Origin: Azolla caroliniana
Lineage: Eukaryota > Plantae > Polypodiophyta
Length of the DNA: 64,000 bases
Direction: 5' to 3'
Assembly: GCA_043228905.1 (NCBI GenBank)
Contig: JBHGNT010000001.1
Coordinates: 23,436,001 to 23,500,000 of the forward strand
Part shown: positions 55,215 to 64,000 of the stretch, one piece after another
How positions within the stretch are numbered: position 1 is the stretch's first letter
Layout: each line of letters opens with the position of its first letter
The notes under the pieces: model-generated
Seen by the model: the letters and a program-made list of their open reading frames with translations, nothing else
The model's database searches: none
What the model was told of the DNA's origin: nothing
Position numbers and translations under genes: made by a program

Positions 55215-58130
55215 GCGTCCGGAGGCGACGTAGGGCCCGTAGGTGCATCGTGGTGTGGCTCCCCTGTTTGGTTGGAATGGTTTCTCCCGATGTCGCAGTC
55301 GTCGTGTGTGGGCGGTTCAGGTACGGTGGGCTCTTCTTGAGTGTGGGTTGTGCTCCACCGTCGTCGTGCTTGCGGTAGGTCGCGGCTCTGTCTCAATTGT
55401 TATTTCCTCCGTGGTGTCGGCCGTCTTTGTACGTTCCGGGGAGTGGGGTTGCGATTCCGCTTGGCCTACACCGTTCTCCGTGTGGTCCGACGATAGCGTG
55501 GGCTCCTGCGGATGGAGCTCCTCTTGGGCAGCAGTTTCGTTGTCTGGTATTGTGGGGGACTTCGCTCGTCGGTCCGCGCTGTTCACCGTCATTGTAATTT
55601 CTGGTGATCTGGCCTGAGGTTCCTCTTCTTCGGTCGTGCCCGGAATTGGCATCGCGTTGGATTCCTCATTTGTTCGTGTGTTGTCGGCTTGTGTGATCTG
55701 GTGAAATAGCTTCTCCTTGCTTTCACCAAAATCATCTAAGAGCTGCCCGAGTTCTTCGGAATGTTGGTCCGCTAGCGCACGATAGTCTTGCACTAGGTCC
55801 TCGTGTACGACTGCAATGCTCTCCTCATTTAGTTTATAGAAACCTCGGCTGTCTTTTCGCCGGTTCTCCCAGTCCGCACGATACGCGTGCAATTCCGCTG
55901 CTTGGGTTGCCCAAGCCATCCATTCTTTGTCCAACGCCGTTTTCAATTGCGCTGTGAACCTCTCCCGATTTGTTTGAAGAAGGATACACACGTTGTCTGT
56001 GATGGCCTAGCAATGGTTGTGTGCGCCCTCCATCGACTTCTGGAGGTTTGCAATTTCTTGCTGCCTAACCGTCGCCGCTTCTTCGTACGTGGTCTTCAGG
56101 CTCGCCCACAGCTGGGATTCCTTTGCATGTTGTTCTTCTAATTTCCCCATTTCATTGTTTAGGTGGATTTTGAGTTGATGCCTTCTTTCCTATTCGACCA
56201 CTAGCTCCTCATCGAACCATACCTTCTTTTTCTCTAATAAGGCCCGGAGTCCTGCGATTGCCGCCTCCGATTTCTTCGCTTCCTCCCGTGATTGGGCATT
56301 TTCATCTTTTGTCCGGATGTGCTGAGCTACCTCCGTAGCGAGTTTCTCTTCAAGGGTTTTTATTGCCTTCCGGCCGTTAGCCCGGATCTCCTTTTCTCTA
56401 TTTGAGGATTGGCGCACTTCAACTCGATGGTGGTCAATTTTTTATTCCGCTAGTTGCACGGCACTTTTTGCTTTTGAGGCGATGGCGGTCTGAGCCTCAA
56501 TTACTTCCTTCAAAGCGTCGATGGCGTGGTTTGGTGGCGGAGTTGCGTGTTGCGCCGTAATCGCGTTAGTTTCCAACTCCATGATGCGTTCGTTGGCTTT
56601 TTGCAGCTCGGCTTGGGTCATTTTCACCTTCTTCCAGACATTCTTATTTTTAATGGCCATCTCCTTGGCGCCCGTGTTGACCTTTGCCAATTCCCTATGG
56701 ACTTCGACTAGGACCGTGTTTAATGGGGGTAGCTCCATCCCCACTCGGTGTACCCCGGCATTCCTCTGTCTGCCGACCCTGGCTAGTCGGTCCTCATCGT
56801 CGCTCTCTGTTGTTTGTGTTAGGGCGCGCTCGATTATCTGGCGCTCCGCGTGCTCCTTGGCCATTCGTTGGGAGGCTTTTATCTGTTGTGTTGCTAGGAA
56901 TTCCATGAACTCAAAAGAGGTTCTAAATTGTAAGAGGGCGTCGAACTCATGGGCCGTATCCGGGATATCTGGATATGCCAAAACCTCGCTTTCCGCCGTC
57001 AATACGGCTTTCCCTCGTTGGGACTGGGTCGTAATGATCAGTCGTGGCTCCCGGATGATTTCGAAGGTGGTATTGGGCTCCGTAGCTGCGGAGCCATTGC
57101 CTTCGGTCGTTGTCTCTGCCGTCGTGGGGACGTCTTTGACCAATCCCCACCCATCTTTCCTGTCCAATCTACGCCGTTTCGGTCTAGGGCTATCCTGCCG
57201 TGTTTCGGTGTCTGGCTCTAGGGTTGCTTCCACGGAACGTGCCGACTGTTCCTCCTGCGTTGTCCGTGTGTCTGGCTGGGTAGGTTGGGGTTCCTCTTCC
57301 CACTCTGGGGTCGCTAACTCCGCTAACCTACGCTTCGCGAATCGGGGCGGGGGCGTGGGTCGGCTGGGTTGCGATGCTGGTAGGCCTCGGGGTGGGAATA
57401 GTACCGTAAGGTACTATTGTATGATTGGCCTGAGCTTTTTGCCTACCTAATATGCATGCAAGCCTTCCCTTAACGCCGGCCCTGTGATAACCCCCCAATC
57501 GACCGCACGCCCTTCAAAGGTATCGATAATGATGCCCACCTTCTGCTTGGGCATCCCATATGCGTTGACATGTACGCAGCCGACCTCTAACAAGAACTTG
57601 GCAACTTCAAGGGAGAAAGGATCCGGGATCTGCTTCGTTCTATAGGCCTTGGCGGAGGAGGAATATGGCCCCAAATATCGTTACAACGCCTCTGCAGGAG
57701 GGATTTCGAAATGCCTTTCGCCTAGCGATGACAGGTCCAACTTTTTCCGGATGGAAGAGTTGGTGACCATGTCAATGTTAAGTTTCCTGGAGATGTCCAT
57801 GGCATCCGGGTGTGGGGGTGCCTCTACGACCCGGATGTACCCATCCAGGCATTTCTCCACAAGCCATCGGCGTAAGGCAGTAGAGATGAAAATTGGCATC
57901 GCTAGAGTAGGTTCGTGGGAAGGAGACTAGTGGTTGCGGTGGGCTAGAGCTCTGTGATAGGATGGAGGAGAAGGTGAGGGGGAGGAGCGATGGGAGCGTT
58001 AATAGTTAGAAGGTGGGTTTCTATTTTGTGCAGAAGATCTTCTATTTCCTTCTTTTTGTGGCTTAGGGTTCATTGGGTTGTGAGCCATCGTGGTGTCGTG
58101 TGTTCTTGAACTAGGAGTCTGTGCATGCAT
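55215..58130 (-). pseudogene. ORF3 of G, fragmented
   Basis: VEAPPHPDA, FEGRAVDWG and WATQAAELHAYRADWENRRK match D ORF3 motifs. Confidence 0.85.
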
Positions 58131-59373
58131 TTAGTCCTTTTAATAGTCGCTATCTTCTCTCTCTTTTTGCTTTTTCTTCTTTTTCTTTTTTTTTTCGTAA
58201 CGGTTATATATAGCCTATTTTTACATTATGGTACAAGTGGGGCCGTCCATTTACGCCACGGGTTCTCCGGCTCTGTCCTGTTTGGCGGTGAATGGGTTAG
58301 GTGGCGTAGAGCCTGTTAGGAAACAGGTCCCTCCGGATGGGAAGTGAGAAGAACAGTGTTGATGAGCAACTCGGCCGAGGCCGAATCCGGATGTGGAGAA
58401 CCCGGCAATGGAAGACCTAGTGAGAACCGGATGTGGAGTACCCGACAAGGAAGGCCCGGTGTCGGGGTAGTTGTGGTTCGTGCGGCGAAGTCGCGGGGAC
58501 TAAGGTTAAGGGGAGTTGAAGGAACTTTTATAATGCTTGCGCACAAATGTTAGGAAGATAAAGGATATGAAGAATAATAGTTTAAAGTAATATGTGTGAG
58601 AGAGAGACTAGTATAGATAAAAGATAGAGACAATGTATGATTCAATAAGCAAGATAGAGACAAAGTATGATTTAAGACAAAAAAGTATATGATATGAACA
58701 TGATGTATATTACGAATACAAGATTTTACCAACTTTACAATGTTTGGTAGCAAGATGAACCCTTTCTCTACCGACCCTTGATTCAAACTCTTGACTCCAA
58801 CTTGGAAACACGAGCCTCTTCACCAACAAGCTAACTTGTTTATTTCTTTAATTATCTTATTTCCCTAACTTTCTCTTGATTTCCTCTTGTTTCCTTGCCC
58901 CTCTTTATATAAGTGGTGTCATGCATATGGTAATGTATGGGAGCATGACATGCATGCAATGTATGAGTTACATGTAATGCATGATCACCATTTGGCGCAC
59001 ATGCATTGCATGATGGCTATGTATGAAAATAGATATGGGATAGGTATAATGATGAAAATGCATTCTAAAACAACTAACCTAGCTTAGTGGTGTATGCTTT
59101 GTGTTTGGTATACAAGGTTGAGAGTTCAAGTCTCTCTATTTTACTCAATACAATATATAACTTCATTCTTATATCATGAAGCACATTTTTTTACAAATGT
59201 TTACAAATAAATAGCCTAGCCTAGTGGTATGTACATTGTACTTAGTATATAAGGATGTGGGTTCAAGTCTCTCAAATATTATTAAATACAATATTTAAGC
59301 TCATTTTTATATCGTGAAGCAAATCCTTCACGACACCCACCCCCTCTGAACTTGCACACTAGTTGTGCAAAGT

Positions 59374-61419
59374 TCATCCAAAGTCTTGGAAAAACTCTTC
59401 ATTCCGTTTCTGAACTGGATGTCCCCTCAAGCATTCTTTGTTTCTTTCAAGGTTAGGCGTCATGGTTAAGATATGGCCCCTCTTCCTTCCATCTTGACTC
59501 TTGATCCTCGCGAAAGTTGAATCATCATTAATCACAGTTGTTTCCATCCTTACTATGTTGATGTATGGTTCACCATCCTTTGTTTCCATACTCACTACTT
59601 TGATGTATGGTTGACCAAGGATGACGGGGTAGGTTGATCCATCTTGCACATAGTAATTTTCATCCACTGACACATCTCCCATTGTTGCTTTCACATTAGG
59701 ACATGCTCCGAATAGATCCTCCATCATCTCTGTTGCAACTCTTTTCTTCGAACCATGATTCTTATCGATTGGCCACCTTCCTTGAGCACAACATTCCGAC
59801 AAGATCATGTTAATTTCTGATCCATGATCCAACAAAGCAACACAAGGAATCTGTTGCTCCGTAATTTTTGTAGGCGCCTCCGTTGTTGCTTGAGCCCAAT
59901 GGTTCTTTGTATAATGACTCCTATCCCCTTCATGAATGCCAACATCATTTATCTTCTTTACACCTGCAACATTGATGGATTCATGATCCAAATCTTGGAG
60001 ACTTGTTGCTGCACACTCTCTCATAACTTCTTCCATGACATGTTTTATATCCGTCGTGGCATCTGTGTCTGAAGCAAGCTTAAAAGTTGGGTCTGTCTTC
60101 CCGTTGACATTATCAACTTCCTTCGGCTCACTAGCATCCTTTTCCATTTCCCTTCTCTTCCGTTCTCGTCTCTCAAGTCTCTTTGTCGGATCAGCTTCCT
60201 CAGCTCTCTTCCGCTTCTCTTCCACTGGCACATCTTGTGCATTCACTTGGGCGAATGCTGATAGCACGTCTACTGGATCATTCCATCCAGTGAAGTTTCA
60301 TATTTCATCTCCTGCTCTTTTTAATTCATCCACTCGAACCTTCCCTTTTCTTGCATAATCCATCACACCCTGCCAAAAGTCAGATCCACCATATGAGTCT
60401 TCTATGCGCAACCCTAAGGTTGCCACTGATTGTATCGCTTGAGTCGTTTCTCTCTCAACGTCTTCCATTAACTTTTTCATTCCTCCTCGCCCGAAGTTGA
60501 GTTGAAGTGGTTGTCGAGTCTCTGTCGAGTGAATCTTGCCATCTTGATAGTAGATTTTATTATGATTAAGAGCATCCCTATGCTCTTGAAAATCTTTCTT
60601 CTGGTGGTCGATACTATCACACCACATACACCTTCGGACCATTCCACCTCCCTGCCTTGATGAAGTCGAGCTTTGTCCCGATTCTAGCTTCGTCACTTTG
60701 ATTGACAAGTCTTTCATGCCTTTCACCAATTCGTGTAAGAGTGATTCTTCTACTTTCTTTTCTCCCGACTCATTCCCTATTTCTTCATCATTTCTGTCGG
60801 GCAACTCCATAAACCATAACTTTCTTTTGCAGAAATGGGCGCACGCCCTTTTCACCTCCTCCCAGTCTTCGTTAAGTCCACTTGGACTATTCTGATCTTC
60901 TAAAAGCATTCCCAAATCCTTCCTGTCTTTAATATTAGTAGCTTGTAGAAACAATATTACTTTATCTAGCACTATTATATTTCTATCTCTAACATTTAGT
61001 TGCTCAAATCTTTCAGAAAACTCTTTTAATACTTCCAAAACACTTAAATGTTTATTAGACTCTACCCAATCCTTGAAAGCTCACCTTGTCATCCTTGACA
61101 TATCGTTGAGGTTGTATTCATTTAGCAGTGCTCTTTCGAAAGTCGCCCATGTCTGATGTTCCCTCTGTAGCTCCTGGATCCTTTCTTGTAGCCCAATCGA
61201 AGCGACTCGACTAAAGCTATTAATTTTTGCAGCTTTGTTGACACCGTGTTTAAGCAGTTCTTCATTATAAATATTCAGAAATCTTGTTAAATTTATACCT
61301 TCGAAGATTCCTACTCGTGCGAGAATATTGTCGACGGCTTTGTCGATTCTTGTCGTCATCCCTTGCTCTCGTATCATTCGTTCCACCATCGTACACATAA
61401 GTCTCATTTGCTCCTCCAT
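59374..61419 (-). pseudogene. gag: H gag-protease, broken by stops
   Basis: ORFs 61081..61419, 60298..61038 and 59374..60267; CMWCDSIDH, LLDHGSEIN. Confidence 0.9.
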
Positions 61420-61458
61420 ATCTCCTTGTCGCCGCCTTCACGTCGGGTTCACCAAATG

Positions 61459-61972
<514 letters not shown>

Positions 61973-63575
61973 TTTCCATCATTGTACACATAAGCCTCAT
62001 TTGCTCCTCCATTTCTCCTCGTCGCCGCCTTCACGTCGGGTTCACCAAATGTGTCGGGGTAGTTGTGGTTCGTCCAGCGAAGTCGCAGGGACTAAGGTTA
62101 AGGGGAGTTGAAGGAACTTTTATAAGGCTTGCGCACAAATGTTAGGAAGATAAAGGATATGAAGAATAATAGTTTAAAGTAATATGTGTGAGAGAGAGAC
62201 TAGTATAGATAAAAGATAGAGACAATGTATGATTCAAGAAGCAAGATAGAGACAAAGTATGATTTAAGACAAAAAAGTATATGATATGAACATGATGTAT
62301 ATTACGAATACAAGATTTTACCAACTTTACAATGTTTGGTAGCAAGATGAACCCTTTCTCTACTGACCCTTGATTCAAACTCTTGACTCCAACTTGGAAA
62401 CACGAGCCTCTTCACAAACAAGCTAACTTGTTTGTTTCTTTGATTATCTTATTTCCCTAACTTTCTCTTGATTTCCTCTTGTTTCCTTGCCCCTCTTTAT
62501 ATAAGTGTTGTCATGCATATGGTAATGTATGGGAGCATGGCATGCATGCAATGTATGAGTTACATGTAATGTATGATCACCATTTGGCGCACATGCATTG
62601 CATGATGGCTATGTATGAAAATAGATATGGGATAGGTATAATGATGAAAATACATTCAAAAATAACTAACCTAGCTTAGTGGTGTATGCTTTGTGTGTGG
62701 TATACAAGGTTGAGAGTTAATGTCTCTCTATTTTACTCAATACAATATATAGCTTCATTCTTATATCATGAAGCCCATTTTTTTACAAACGTTTACAAAT
62801 AAATAGCCTAGCCTAGTGGTATGTACATTGTACTTCGTATATAAGGATGTGGGTTCAAGTCTCTCAAATATTATTAAATACAATATTTAAGCTCATTTTT
62901 ATATCGTGAAGCAAATCCTTCACGACACCGGTGAGAACCAGATGACGAGTGCCTGGCAAGAGCCGGATGGTGAAGGCCTGGTGAGAACCAGATGACAAGT
63001 GCTTGGCAAGAGCCAGATGATGCAGGCCCGGTGAGGAGTGCTTACCGAATGAAGGGACATATTCGTAAATATGTTTCTGAGAGTCCATTGGGGCTATATT
63101 TGTAAATAGCCGAAAAGTCATATTAGTATAAATATGACTTAGGGCAAACTTAGTAGTGTGTTGTATTCATTCTTCTTGGTGCAAGATTTTGAGTGCAACC
63201 GTGTACAGAGAGAGAGTGAGAGTGAGAGAGAGTGAGAGTCAAAGAGGACGTTGTCTCTGTTGTAACCGTCGCCTGTGGCGAAGACAGTGAGCAAGAGGTT
63301 GTTGCCTCTGTGTTCATCTATTGCACATTGTAACATAGTGATAGTTTGCAGTCTGTGGACTGCCGTGGTTTTTCCCGTGTTTGGGTTTTCCACGTAAACA
63401 TCCTGTGTACTCTTCTCTTTACTGTGTCGTGCATACATTATCCGTTTTTTTTCTGTGTTTGATCCTAGACTCGGTTGTGGCCGAGCGTTGTTTTAGGAGC
63501 ACGTTGTCCTTACAAAGCGCGTAGTTCTCCGGCTCTGTCCTGTTTGGCGGTGAATGGGTTAGGTGGCGTAGAGCC

Positions 63576-64000
63576 CAGGTAAGGTTTAAGGTGAAACCCA
63601 TTCACCTTTTACCGTACCACTTCTCCGGCCAGCGTACCTAGTTGGAATGTGCCTTGTTCCACTCCAATTATCCAATATGGGCCGGTCTAGTGGAATCGTA
63701 ACTTCCCTGGCATATGGCCCATGCGGGTTTGGAAAACCAGCACCGCTCGACCGACGGCGAACTCCTTTTCCCTCGCGTTCCGATGTCGATCCACAAACGC
63801 TTTACGCCGTCGTTGTTCTTGCTCCAACACAGCCATGTTGTGTACGCGTTTTTCCCCAAGTTCGAGTAGCTGGTGGAGCCGTACCTCCTCCGACTTGGCT
63901 TCCGATAGTCGGTCCTGTACCTGAATCCGCAAACTAGGTAACTGAAATTCGACCGGCATCACAGCCTCCAGCCCAAACGCTAGTCGAAACGGTGTTGACT
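63576..64000 (-). pseudogene. pol: G integrase C-terminus
   Basis: MPVEFQLPSLRIQ...EQRRRKAFVDRHR...PGKLRF matches D pol. Confidence 0.92.

Overview
A stack of nested plant LTR retrotransposons, bryophyte-like by inference from the Tcn1- and Phygy-type lineages. No host gene is recognisable. Contents: (1) two decayed Ty1/copia fragments; (2) a tRNA-Trp-primed Ty3/gypsy group (elements A, E, E', F, the gag-PR-only H, plus solo/partial LTRs), which makes 4-bp TSDs centred on CpG; (3) a self-priming Tcn1/Tf1-type chromovirus (C); (4) three divergent Athila-like elements (B, D, G) with a ~1000-aa extra ORF after pol. The top observation is that B, D and G have no polypurine tract. Exactly 2 nt from the 3' LTR each carries an inverted, bipartite tRNA-Arg primer-binding site with a covarying hairpin insert, suggesting that both cDNA strands are tRNA-primed. 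Other highlights are tRNA-like A/B-box cassettes in the LTRs of three families, a covarying hairpin before the PPT in the Trp group, repeated LTR-PBS-gag tandem remnants, and a solo LTR flanked by a 52-bp duplication. tRNA identities are recalled from known plant tRNA sequences and need database confirmation.
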